Assembly: GCA_000165425.1 (NCBI GenBank)
Contig: CT867985.1
Span: forward strand, 1 to 64,000
Source of the DNA: Paramecium tetraurelia
Taxonomy: Eukaryota
Direction: 5' to 3'
DNA length: 64,000 nucleotides
In this document: one piece after another, positions 52,088-64,000 of the stretch
Numbering within the stretch: position 1 is the first letter of the stretch
Layout: the number at the start of each line of letters is the position of its first letter
Position numbers and translations under genes: made by a program
The notes under the pieces: generated by a model
Database searches by the model: none
Told to the model about the DNA's origin: nothing
What the model saw: the letters and a program-made list of their open reading frames with translations, nothing else

Positions 52088-54214
52088 TCATAATTAGAGT
52101 TATTCTGATGCCATTTCCTCCACTAATTATTCAAATATTATGTCTCCAAGTTCCAATAAAAATTCGGTTCTATCGTCTTCAAATAAGTACCATCGGAATT
52201 CACTTTCTTTAATCTAAAATTATATTGAATATTAACATCTTAGATGAGCATTTTATATAATCTTTCGTCTCTAATCTAGGCAACATTGTCAAACATTTGT
52301 TGAGACAATTATGAATCAAACAACAATGGATTTTCTAATTAATGCAGTTATTGAATCATCATCTATTAGTTCTTTTCATCTAGAATCTCTTGTTTTTCCT
52401 CTGGTATTTACGAATCATCCTCTATAGGCAAGAATCCTCCGAGAGTGCCAGACCAATTTATCACTTTAGCTTCCATATTCTTCAAAATAATATCCAAGTC
52501 TTCACTTCTGATAACTAATTTCTCTTATTTATTTTCCCAAGGATATGGCAATCCAGAATCTACTATTTACAATATTCTCTTACTTAGAAAGTTTGGCCTT
52601 TCATAATTCAAAGCCTCATTACATGCATCAAACACGGCCTTGTTATGAATATGTTCAAGCTCCTTCATTCCAAATTAAGCATTATCACTAGGGTCATTCT
52701 CCAGTTGCAATCTATAAGACTCAAATTCTTAGAACAATCTTTCATCCAAAGGGAATGCTATTTAAGAATCATCTTCATTCTAATGGAACTCATCTTCTGC
52801 TTCTTCACCATCATTGTCATATCCATGTATAAGTTGCATTCTTTTAAAAGGAGTGAATCCATATGGTATGTTAAGATTTCTTATTAATTCCTCTTTGTGA
52901 TGCTCTAATACATATGAAAATAACTATTTAATGTATGCCTTAATATCTTTGATTGAAGTGGGCAATTAAGGAATTACAGATTGACTAATTAAATTTGAGA
53001 TTATAAACTCGAAATGATCTTTATTGAGCAACAATTCTAAAATTAATCAAGTTTTTTATACCTTCTGTCAAATTTTGCACTATTTCATCTAAGATATCAT
53101 TTGTTATTGCACTTAATGTCTAATAGATCTCTATTTACTTATCTGATTCTATTATGTTTTGTCTCATTAAGTTCCTCTGATCCAAATTCTCATTTTACAA
53201 ATCCTCAGAAAATGTCTCCGGCATCTCATCCAGATCATCATGCTATTCAACATCAAAATGATTAATAATTTTGATATCTGATCCTATTTATTTTTAGGAT
53301 TTTATGGTACTACTTTAGCAAAGTTATTCATCAACTTGTTTTTTTAGACTCTATAATTTTGGATTGTTTTCATCATATGTTTACACTACTTATAAATCCC
53401 TTTGTATTTTTTAAATTGCTTTAGCTTCTCTTTTTCTACTAATCTCAATCGCTTGTTTTGTGTTTCTCAAATCCTCCTTCTCTTTTTCCAGCCAATTCTC
53501 TAATTCTTGTTTCTTTATTGGATCTTCTTACATCTTCTTCAGTTCTGCCTTATATCTTAAATTGATAGCTTCTTCCCTCATATTTAATAATTCTGTTTCC
53601 TTCTTCATTAATTGAGATTGTAGTGACATTAATGAAGATCGATTGACATCGTTCTCCTTAGACGATAGCTATAATCGTTCATCACTGCACTCATGATTCT
53701 TTTATAATCTTTTGCGAGCATCATTAAAGGTTTTTTCATTATTAGCTTCTAGTTAACTTCTAATTCTCATATCAACTGATTATTCAGAATCCCTTCTTTC
53801 ATGTGTTTTAATTTCTTTCTGTTTTTTCATATGCTATGAAACAATATTTAATATTGTTTGTGACATTTATTATTTTACATTTGCAAATGCTTACTTTTCT
53901 GGACCTTATTTAATAATATTTTCAATCTGACTATTCCATAGTTCTAATTCTTATTAAATTTACTAAATTACAGAATGAGATAATGCACTTTTTTGATCTT
54001 CCTCACTTACTACAGAACTCTTGATATTCGAGTAATGAATTTGTTTTTCTAATGATTATTAAATATTTTATCCAAAAGGATTATAAAAATACATTTCCTA
54101 ATTAGCAGGACTATTTGGTTACTAAATAATTACTAGATCCTCTGTTTAATCAGATAAGTTTTTATCAAATCTATTTTTTATTTAGACTGGTAAATCTTTT
54201 TATTACTATTATTA

Positions 54215-54246
<32 letters not shown>

Positions 54247-55834
54247 GCTATTATAATTACTACTATTATTAAAGTTTCTACTATTACTGTTATTATAATT
54301 ACTATTACTTTTATTACTACTATTACTATTACTATTACTATTATTATTGTTATTATTATTATAACTGATATGGTTTTATTTTGTTTTATTATTAGACAAC
54401 TTCCTCTTGATTTATGAAATTTTATACTTAGATTTATTTTTTTTATTGCTGTTATTAATCTTTCATTTATTACTGCTATTAACCAACATTCTTATCATTT
54501 TTTATTAAGACTTTAGGTGGTATATATTCTGGCGTTTCTATCTCTTCATCAGGCTCTTCCTCTTGATCAGAAGCCTCATCATCATGTTATTACTCCAACA
54601 TTTCTTGTAATTCATGGAGTAATTACATTCTGATAGAGAAGCCTCTCCAAACACTTTATAATTTGGTCGCAGCCTCATTCATAAAATGATACTATAAAAC
54701 TAAATAATCTTGATCAGTGAGTTCATTCGGGTCTAAATCATTTTATGATTTAAGTATCTCTTGTATTTTTTCCAACAAAAATTTGGTTGGGGGTATTTTA
54801 GATAAAGTATCAACTATCATCTAAGTGAATTAATTTTCACTAATCTATGAGTATTAATCTTCCTATTCTTCATCCTCTATTTCTTCGATGTATTAATCAT
54901 TTCCACCTTGATTTGGCTCAGGATTTTTAAGTTGATGGTACCTTTAATTAAGATTGTCATATTGTTTCTTTAGTTGGTCTTTATTTTGGTGATTTTTGGG
55001 TTCTTACTTAGCTCTATTTTCTCTGCTTTTTGGCTACTATTTTCTTTATTCAATATCCATTGGGTCGTCATTTTTCTTTTTCTTCATCGTCACTTTAGGA
55101 GTTTGCGGTTGTGAGTTCTCCAAGGTTTTACACTTTTTGAAAATCTCTTTAACAGACTCATTCAACTTGGCCAGATTCTCCAATCTTGTTAATTGGATTG
55201 CCTTACTTTCTTTATTTTTCCAATAGAGATATCAATTATTGTTGCATGCTAGTTGTATTGTCAATCGCTTTCTTTTGTGTCATATAATGCTAAATCTCAT
55301 GATTTGGTTGGTAGATTTTCTTCTTCAACAATGGTTCCACTGTTTTCGTCTTTGATTTGATTTTTTCTAATTAAATTTGAATAATACTAATTCGTTGTTT
55401 GATTTATTTTTCATTAAGCTTACCCAAGCCTAATTCTTCTCTCCTTTGTTATTATGATGGTTTTATCACTTTGTGTTGCTTCTTCACATCGACTGTGTGA
55501 GCCTTCTTCTTTTTCGGGGAAACAGTTCGCTTGGTTGATTTCTTGACAGACATTGATTATTGCGCAGGTTTCTTATTCTATTGAGCCTATGGTTTTGGTT
55601 TGCCTTACAATCCCTATGTTAGCTTTTTCTTTTTTAAAGTCTTTGGTGGCTCTACTGTTTTCAAATTGACAAAATTATCCAAATGTGATTCAGGAGAGTG
55701 ATATTTTGGAGTTTGCTGATGTCTTTGATGCATTACTGCAATGTTTGGCTCTTGCATTCTTCTTCCCTGAACCTACGAGTCGAAGGACCTAAATATATCA
55801 AACGGTCATACTTAACAGAGCTGTATGTGTTCAT
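52088..55834 (-). CDS. Large low-complexity/coiled-coil protein with a polyQ tract and C-terminal DUF4378-like domain
   Basis: C-terminal HIHNKAVFDACNEALNYERP...GLPYPW...SEFRWYLFEDDRTEFLLELGDIIFEQLVEEM resembles DUF4378. 5' intron gtatgaccgtttgatatatttag. Internal junctions were not all verified. Confidence 0.75.
54200..54361 (-). repeat. Coding polyglutamine tract (49 Gln in 54 codons), mostly TAA/TAG
   Basis: The minus strand reads Q17-K-Q3-L-Q6-KL-Q5-L-Q18 in frame with flanking coding sequence (PYQL...KDLPVQ). Confidence 0.9.
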
Positions 55835-57021
55835 ATTGTATTATTTGAAAATTATACTAAAAATTATATTACACAATACTAATCCTATATATATTAAATA
55901 AATAACAACTATAATATTACCACCATTAATTATCACATTTGAAAAATCAATGGAATAACCTTTGTCATGTATTTTAAACAAATGTGTTTATTCAAAAATA
56001 ATTCTGGTTCATTCCACTATTAATTTGATATAAAAGAATCAAAAATAGCATATACCAATTATATATATAAATATAAACGTCATACATAGGTATAAATACA
56101 TCTGGAGGCATAAATTCCTGCATCACATTTTATGAGAGAATGCAAAGTTGTATCAATCGAGAAAACTTGCCAAATAAGCTCTGTGCCGTTGAAGGATTAG
56201 ATTTTTTGGAGTGCGTAAACCGTAGGAAATAGGTAAAATTAAATAATAATATCCCAAGTATGCTCTAAATTATAAAATTCAATAGGAATTGCATAAGAAT
56301 AGTATCTTAATATTACCAACATATGATGTTGAAAATGATAAATTTATATCAAAATATTAAAATGTCACAGAAGTATTTTAAAAAGCCCATTGAAAATATT
56401 TATCAGCAAATAATAATAATGATTATTCATGCATTATTTCAATTTGAGCAAAAGGCCTTAAGAATGCTTTATTTTAATAGATTTTAATTGTTAAAATTCA
56501 ATTGTAGATAAAATTAGATCAATTTTAATTAACTATTAGGAACAATTTAGCATGTTATTTCTATACTTTTAATAAAATTAAATTCTTAATATAGTTTTGA
56601 ATTCATTTCATTTATTATTTATTTTGTTATTCATATATATATATCTTTCTGCTGAAAGTTTCGTATAATAAGGTGAAAAAATATTATGCTTATTACACTC
56701 TCAAATGCATCGTTATAATACTTAAATATTTATGTATTTCTTCCTTTGAATAATTTGAAGATGTTTATAAAACTAGAGATTGAAATTTATTTTTTTTTGT
56801 AAACCAAAAGGTGTAATCATTTTAAATATAATTTAATACATTGAATAATATATTTTCAATTTATAAAAGAATTATTTGATAATAAGTTGAAGTAGGACTT
56901 CTTAATATTAAATTAAGTAAATTGGAATGATTACTTAAATCATATTGTCTCATTAAAGTTGCAATCTCTGAATTGATATTACTATATTAATTTGCATATT
57001 GAATATTATTAAATTTAGAAT

Positions 57022-58660
57022 ATGAATACTATATATTTGCCTAAACGAGTTAAATTACTATAAAGTCCAAAAACCAATAATGAGTCGTAACTTCAAACCA
57101 CGAGATCAGTTATTGTATTAAATTTTTCATCAAGCCTCAGTCCGCTAATTAAGATGTGCCTAAAGTTATAGTAAGATGTGAGGATTAAGATGGAGTACCA
57201 AAAGACATGCGACTGAAAAATTGGAATGATGTTTTTGGTGATTTTTTATCGGAATCATTATTGCGCAAAAAATAAACTGATATGAGAAGAAATACAATAG
57301 CTACAATAGATAGAGCATATCTCCACGAAGTTCCATTAAAAATTTATAATGCTCTTTTAAACAGTCCTTCTATCAGAAGCAATTTTACTAAATTTATATT
57401 GGGGGAAATATCTGCCTAAGAATTTGTTAAAAGAAAAAATCAGTACTAAAAATTAGATAAATTAATTCCTTCAGCCAACTAGAAACAAAAAAGACCAAAA
57501 ATTAATTTGTACATTCTATTATTTAATTATTAAGATCTTATAGGAGATCAGCAGTTACAGATGAAGGCAATCATGAGATTGGATTTTTAAAATTATTGAA
57601 TGAAAAAAATGAAGAAGAAAATAAGAAACAAAAAGCTCAATAAAGATTTGAGATGATAAGAAATGTTATAGTCGAGAAGATAGAGAAACGGGAAGAAGAA
57701 GATTTAGTAAAGAGGAGTAGAGATTTAAAAAATGTTGGAATGATAAAACAGATGTATGACATAAGTGACACTTACATTCAGGATTTATAAAAGAAAACTA
57801 TGGAGAAAGACATGCCACTTTCCAAAAGAAATGTTTTCAAAGGAAATTCGGTTAATATTATTTAACATCAAAATCCATATTAATTGGCTAATGCAAGAAG
57901 CCATGAAAATCCAAACAAAATAAAGTATGAACCACTCCCAGAAAAGAATGTTATTCGCCATTTGGTTGATAAAAGAGCCAAAGAATATATGGAGGAGTTG
58001 TAATTGAAGGATTATATCGAAAATGAAAAAACGAAAAAGAAGATTTACATGAATTGTTAGTATCAGTAGAATGTTTTAATAAAAAAAAAGAAGAACCAAT
58101 TTTCATCTCCTATTTCTTCTGATTAGAGTGATTCAAAGATAAAAATAGCTCATCCATCCAAATAAAAAGAATAGAAAAATAAGTAGGTTATTAAAAATAA
58201 TTTGATAAATAATGATCTAGAACTTATTAAGTATATAACTAATTATCCAAAATATGATCCCTTTAATGATAAGGAGTTTTAAGAGACAATATAAAAGGAA
58301 TTATTGTAAGCAGGAGGACTTGCTTCAGAAAAGAAAATAAGGATATTGAAAAAACCTTATTTAAAAAAAGCAAACTCAAAAAATGTAACAACTTAACAGA
58401 TGGATGGGAACACATTTGATTCCAGGTCTGAAAATGATGAGTCTTTCAATTCCATGTATGAGTTCAATGTGGACAATCTCTATGATTAAAGCATCAAATT
58501 ATAGAAGAAGCTCCTTGAAAAACAATATACTGATGGGTTTAGCAAAACCATAAGAGCTATTTAGAAAAGTCAATAACTAAAAAAGTATCGGTTTTATAAT
58601 TATCCTAGCGAAATTATCTAGAAGAACTTAAAAAAATTGGAAGGCTTACCACTTAAATGA
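57022..58660 (+). CDS. Hypothetical protein, K/E/Q-rich
   Basis: MNTIYLPKRVKLLQSPK..., short introns, ...LEGLPLK-TGA. No recognisable domain. Confidence 0.7.
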
Positions 58661-58863
58661 TTATAGCTTAATTCAATAATATGATTAAAACTAATACATA
58701 ATGATTTCAATGTTAATTTAATTTTTTGTTATAATTATAAATTTCCATATTCACTTCAATAATCTTTGATAAGGCTGTTTTAATATTAATATTTTGACTT
58801 AATTTGATAAAGCATTAACAACATCTTTTACAATTCTTAAGAAAATATTATTTTAGTTTGTAA

Positions 58864-61800
58864 ATGAATTAAAATAATAGGGAATAAACAATCGTAAAAT
58901 TGTAAGGACATCTCAAAGGAGCCACAATTACTGTTCATGGTATTTAGTATAAGTTATAAATAAGAAATTGAAGAACTACTCTTGAGCTAAGAACATATTA
59001 TATGGATGTAATAGAAGGAAATTGATGACTTAAAAAAAAGGCTAAAATAGTTGGAAAGTCTGGATATTTAGAATGAATAGATATTACATTTTTAAAACAT
59101 TAATGTTTAGTTGAAAACATAGATTGAATTCTTGAAAAGTCAATTGTAAGAGAAAGATGCATTAATTGCTTAATTCACTCTTAAACCTTTGTCAAGTCCA
59201 TCAACTGAGATGCTTGCTGCTTAATAGCAACTCATTCAATAAAATCTGGTTCTATAAAATATTATTGGGGATCTCTAAAACTAAATTCTTAATAAGGATG
59301 GAGTAATAAGTCAATTGAAAACTTAAGAAAGTTCATTAGATAATTTAATAGGGCAGTTGTCAGCTAATATTCAAATCAAAAGAAATTAAGTTGGATCAGC
59401 CCAAAAACAAAAGGATATCTAAAATGCATTAAACGAATTATAATCTTATCCAGAAGCTTTGTAAGAAGTAGTTTAGAGAATTATATAAGAATATAAAAGA
59501 ATATCGTTTCTGATGGACGAAAAAGATATAGAAATTAATAATCTGAGGGCTAGATTGTAAATGCAACAATAAAAGGCAAATGACTCAATATAAGAGATAA
59601 TTAAACGAAATCCATCATCTTTTGAAGAGAGCAGAGCAAATGAATTAATCTAATAGAATGCAACTATGGAAGATGCAATTAGTGATCTAGAAAGAAGATT
59701 AATTTCATAAGAAAGTCGAAAGAAAGAACTTCAATAAAAATTAATTGATGTAGGAACAGAAATATTATAATTGGAAGAATAGAAAGAAAAAGCAAATTAA
59801 TTTAATATTTTCGATGAATTTAATAAGAAACAATCTTCATAATAATAACCAAATTTAGCTGAAATAACATTTTAATAATAAACAAAAGATTAAACATTCC
59901 AACTCTAATGTGCTCCATCTGAGTAGTAAATAGATGAATTGGTAAATTAGAATTAACAACTAGATGATTTAATTGTAGAGTTATAAAGAAAGTTAGTTGA
60001 AAAATAGGATCATCAAGAGGAAATTTAATTGGAAATCGATAAAATAGATGTAATCTCATTGATGTAAGAGTTGCAGAAGTTAAACTAATAATGTGATTCT
60101 TTGAAAAAAGACATTGAGGAAAAAGGCAATTTGCTAAAGGATTTGGAAAAATAAAATATAGAACTATCCACAATTTCAGGTGAACTAAAATAATCAATTA
60201 AATTAAAATAAGATTGCATAGATTAACTCTAAAAAGAAGAGTAAGAAAAACTCGATCTGTAAGATTCTCTATTAAAAAATAAAGAATATTATGGAGAAAT
60301 TTAATAGAAATAATAATAAATTGAAGAACTAAAATTGTAAAAGGAGAACTTGCAAAATTAATTGAAAAATGCTTTGAATTCTATGGATGATTAAACTACT
60401 AAGGTTCAAAAGTAGAATTAGTTGTAGAATGAGAAAAATCAAAAAGCAGAATTAGCAGATGATATAGTGAAATAAATTTTGGAATTAGATGAATTGATAT
60501 AAAATTTAGAAGTGAAGCTTGAAGAAAAAAAAGAAAGCGAATCATAATTGTAAAAAGAATTAAAAGATATTAATGTGAAATTATAAGCAATCCAAGAATC
60601 AAATTTAAAAGCCTAAACACAAAGAAACTAATTAGAATAGGATTTCAATCAATAAAAATTAAGTGGAGAAAAGTTAATGGATAATATACATGAATTGTTG
60701 GTTGAGATAAAGAATAATTAGACAGAATTAGATAAATTAAAATAGCAAGAAACAGAACAGCAAAATATAATTAAAGAATTAAAGCTAAATATTTAAAAAT
60801 AATCTGAGGAAGAAAATCAATTAAGACAATGTTTGTAGAATTTTAATACTCAAAACAATTCAATTTAAATATTGGAACAAAATATAGAGGAGAATAAGAA
60901 AATTCTATTCAATTTAAAAGTTGAAAATAATTTATTATAACAGTCAGTAGACGAAGTTTAATAAGTACATTAGAAATTATTGAGTAAGAAAGAAAGCATG
61001 GAAAATGAGATTTCATAGTAAACAGTAATTTTGAACAATCTAGAATAACATTTAGAAACCTTACTATCAGAAATTAAAAGTCAAGAAGGTTTAAAATAAG
61101 AAAAAGAATAACAATTAAAACAATTAAAAGCATAGATTGAATCCATTATTATAGTAGATTAGGTAGTTTTATTGTAGGAGAAATTGGAAAGTTAGAGAGA
61201 ATAAAATGCATTAATTGAGGAAATTGAAAGACTGAAATAAAGATTTGAAAATATTAAATAGCAATAATAAAACATTGAGTTGTTGATAGATAATTAGATG
61301 AATTTAAATTAAGAGCTTTCTGATGATTTGCTCAAATTTAAATCAACTGGTAATCAATTAGAAAGTGAGTTACATTCTCTAACAGCATAATAAGAAGAAA
61401 TGAAATTTTAGATTAAAGAGAAGAGTTCATAGTTGGAGAATCTAAACGAACAATTTACAAAAATAGATGAAGAAGGACAAATGATGGAGGCTGTATTAAC
61501 ATTAAAATAAAAGGAATTAAAGTAGATTCAATAGAAAAAAGAGAACTTTACAAAAGAATTAGATTAAATCACTTAAGAAATCTTTGACTTAAAGAAAGAG
61601 ATAGCCCTCAGAAGGAAGTATCAATAATAATAGAATAGAGTTGACTTAAATTAAAATGAGGATGATTTAGAGGATGAAATATAAGGTAAACTAAATGTGT
61701 TAAATACAAAAAATAATGATTTAAAGGATGATCTCTAAAAATTAGTAGAACTCAGTCCTGTTCCTTAAGAATAAAAGCAAAATGATGACTCTGCATAAAT

Positions 61801-63245
61801 CAGCTAATTTAATGAATAATAAGCTCAGAAAGTATTAAAAGATAGAGATAAACGAATTGAAATCTTGGAGTTAACTATTCGAACATTACAATAATAAAAT
61901 ACTGAAAAGTATAGTATGTTCCCTTCTGGAGTTTCCAAAATTTCTTAACAATAGACCTTTTTTCTTGAGGATGATCCAACTTTAGTAGAATTATAAGAAA
62001 AATTCACAAGAGAAAGCTAATTATTACAAGATTTATAAAACAAATTAAAAAAAACAGCAGAAAGACATTATGATCTATCACTTAAATTGTAAGAATGGGC
62101 AGAAAAAGAAAATAGACTGGCTAATGAATTGGATGCAAGAACTTAAAGTGTTGAAAAGATGGAATAAGAATTGTAAAATGTATTTAATAAACAAACTGAT
62201 TTAGAATCAAAATAAATAACTATTATAGAAAGAATACTTATATTGGAGTCTACTAATTAATAACTTTTGGAATAAGAAGCAATGACAAAAAATAAATTAA
62301 AGGAAAAAAAAGATTATATATAGGTTTTATGTAAGAATTTAGTTGAGATGGATGAAAAATTGTTGTAACTTAGAAATAGAATGGCTTTATATTCATAAGA
62401 GGGTCGATAATTGGCAGAATTAGTAGGGAACTAAGAAAACGAAAGGGAAAATTAAATGAGTCATTTACAAGCGATTAAGGAAGAATTAGAATAAATAGAA
62501 TTAGAGAAGAAAGAAAAAATATCATTAATTTAATAGATAAAAAAAGAAATATCAGATAATTCTCAAGACAAGGAAAGACTTGAGTTAGAATTTATTACTA
62601 TTTATAGTAAGAATTCTTAACTTAAAGCTTAAATAGGATTCGAAGAAGTTTAGTATTAAAAATTGTTATAAGAATTTGAAATTCTGAAGAAGAAAGATTA
62701 GATTAAATATTAAAATCTTTACAGAGACGGAAGCACTTAAATTGAATATGAGTAAGATTAGTTTGAAAGTTTAATTAATGAAATGTAATTCTCCAAAATA
62801 ACAAAAGATGAAGTTTTATTTTTAAAGAAAAATTGTTAACAAAATCTTTAAATGTTAACTCAAAGTGATGGAAACCAATAATATTTTAATAATAATCATA
62901 TATTAAAAAAGATTTTGCATTTATAATAATTGCTAATAAAGTGTTAAGAAAATGAGAATTAGATTTTGATTGAACAAAATTCTAGGAGGTCTTCCATATT
63001 AGGTTTCAGAGATGAAGAATAAGCATAAAATTAAACATTTGTTTTAGAATAAGTAAGTGAACATTAATATATTTTAGATTGATTAATTCTAATGTAAGAC
63101 TACAATTGTGGAAATTCACATTAATGAATAATGTTTGATTATTGAGAGTAATAATAACAAGGAATAGTAAAAGTTTTTAATAATTATATAGAAAACATTT
63201 ATAATAAAAGATGGCTAGATAATGGATTTTAGATAAACAATTTGA
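58864..63245 (+). CDS. Very large coiled-coil protein (Q/E/K/L-rich)
   Basis: MNQNNREQTIVKLQGHL..., intron gtatttagtataagttataaataag, then kilobases of heptad-like Q/E/K/L sequence with abundant TAA/TAG Gln codons, ...MDFRQTI-TGA. Could be more than one gene; not every junction was checked. Confidence 0.7.
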
Positions 63246-63446
63246 TTCCAACAATGATTTATATCCTTTAGGCATTTTGCATATTGTTTTCAAAGTAGTT
63301 ATATTGCATAAATTTATAGGTTTCTATTTATCAAGTTATCAATATTGCATTGACTGGTTCAAAGGTTTTATAATTATATTAATTATTATTATGATAAATA
63401 ATATGAAGTGTTTAATATATAAATGAGATTAGATTAATTAAATATT

Positions 63447-64000
63447 TCAAATATCAAAATTGAAGTCTCCTATTGGCTAATTTAAATATGGCAAATTTTA
63501 GGGATTGTTAGTAGACATTTTGCTTATATTTGGTATTTGCATATCTTCATCTTGAGTTTTTAGAGAATCAGCTAACATCATATCATGGAATCTTTAAAAG
63601 TCTATTTTGTCTTAACTGTTTAGTCTGATTTCGTTAAACATAGTATCTACTTTCACTGTTGACAGTTATTTGCCCCTTCTCTAAAAGGCTCGTCTAACAT
63701 CGAGGCTTGTGATATAATTTTTGTTGTCAATATCAAATTATTTAAATAAACCCCACAATCTTTCTTCATTCAAATATTGCTATTAATTTAATAAGGCCAT
63801 CATAAACTCGGAATAATGGATGGTTAAATCTCCATATAAGTTACCATCGTTTTTATTTGAGAATTTCAATTTTTTAATTAATTCTGACATCTCTTTTTCA
63901 GTATCATTTAAGCCTAATTTTTTCATGATTTGAGTCATTTCTTTAACTGAGATAGTACCGCTATTGTCTTTGTCAAACTCTTCAAATTATTATCTTAGAG
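63447..64000 (-). CDS. C-terminal calmodulin-like EF-hand domain, probably of a calcium-dependent protein kinase (partial; 5' part outside the window)
   Basis: LRQQFEEFDKDNSGTISVKEM, IHYSEFMMALL, LNEERLWGLFKQFDIDNKNYITSLDV and IDFQRFHDMM match the CDPK regulatory-domain pattern. The kinase domain is not visible. Confidence 0.8.

Noticed and set aside
54200..54361. A non-coding (TTA)n microsatellite or a run of stop codons
   Set aside because: It is in frame within a long minus-strand gene and its interruptions are whole codons, so it is a polyQ tract.
1..64000. The supplied ORF track taken as the gene set
   Set aside because: It uses the standard code. Here TAA/TAG encode Gln and genes contain tiny introns, so the track shows only fragments and antisense shadows (e.g. 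11158-11448, 36611-36979, 40282-40608, 46606-46911).
11722..64000. A functional Ca2+-signalling cluster (anoctamin, centrin, Ca2+ release channel, CDPK-like gene)
   Set aside because: These families are highly expanded in Paramecium and are interspersed with unrelated genes on both strands, so chance co-occurrence is sufficient.
1..64000. Telomeric repeats, retained IESs, transposases, tRNA or rRNA genes
   Set aside because: I saw no (C3-4A2-3)n arrays, DDE or reverse-transcriptase motifs, or tRNA/rRNA signatures by eye. TA-bounded IESs cannot be called without germline-versus-somatic comparison.

Overview
This is eukaryotic, very AT-rich, gene-dense DNA, most likely a Paramecium macronuclear chromosome segment. 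Conserved domains read through only if TAA/TAG = Gln (genetic code 6), genes end in TGA, introns are 20-28 nt GT..AG, and intergenic gaps are often under 100 nt. The supplied standard-code ORF track therefore fragments the real genes and lists many antisense artefacts. The first ~8.5 kb looks chromosome-end-like: a decayed coding minisatellite, degenerate ORFs, a G-x-Y-x-N-G-x-K-x-G-x-W repeat gene and a TPR gene built one exon per repeat. The rest holds about 26 genes, including guanylate kinase, a serine carboxypeptidase, a 90-aa Cys-rich protein, an ankyrin-anoctamin fusion, ULK-like, Tousled-like and kinase-kelch kinases, a TM-PX protein, an ICL1e-type centrin, a RIIa-domain protein, a ~2925-aa IP3R/RyR-type Ca2+ release channel, a WGR-like + minimal ATP-dependent DNA ligase, a TM-RING protein, a p24/GOLD protein, a polyQ DUF4378-like protein, a giant coiled-coil protein and a partial CDPK-like gene. 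The best novelty candidates are the ankyrin-anoctamin that appears to have lost most Ca2+-site acids, the intronless LigE-like ligase, the altered channel filter, the TPR exon architecture and a single +1 frameshift in the kinase-kelch gene. I saw no tRNA, rRNA, CRISPR array, transposase or telomere array. All gene models are manual translations with no database search, so start codons and some splice sites are provisional.
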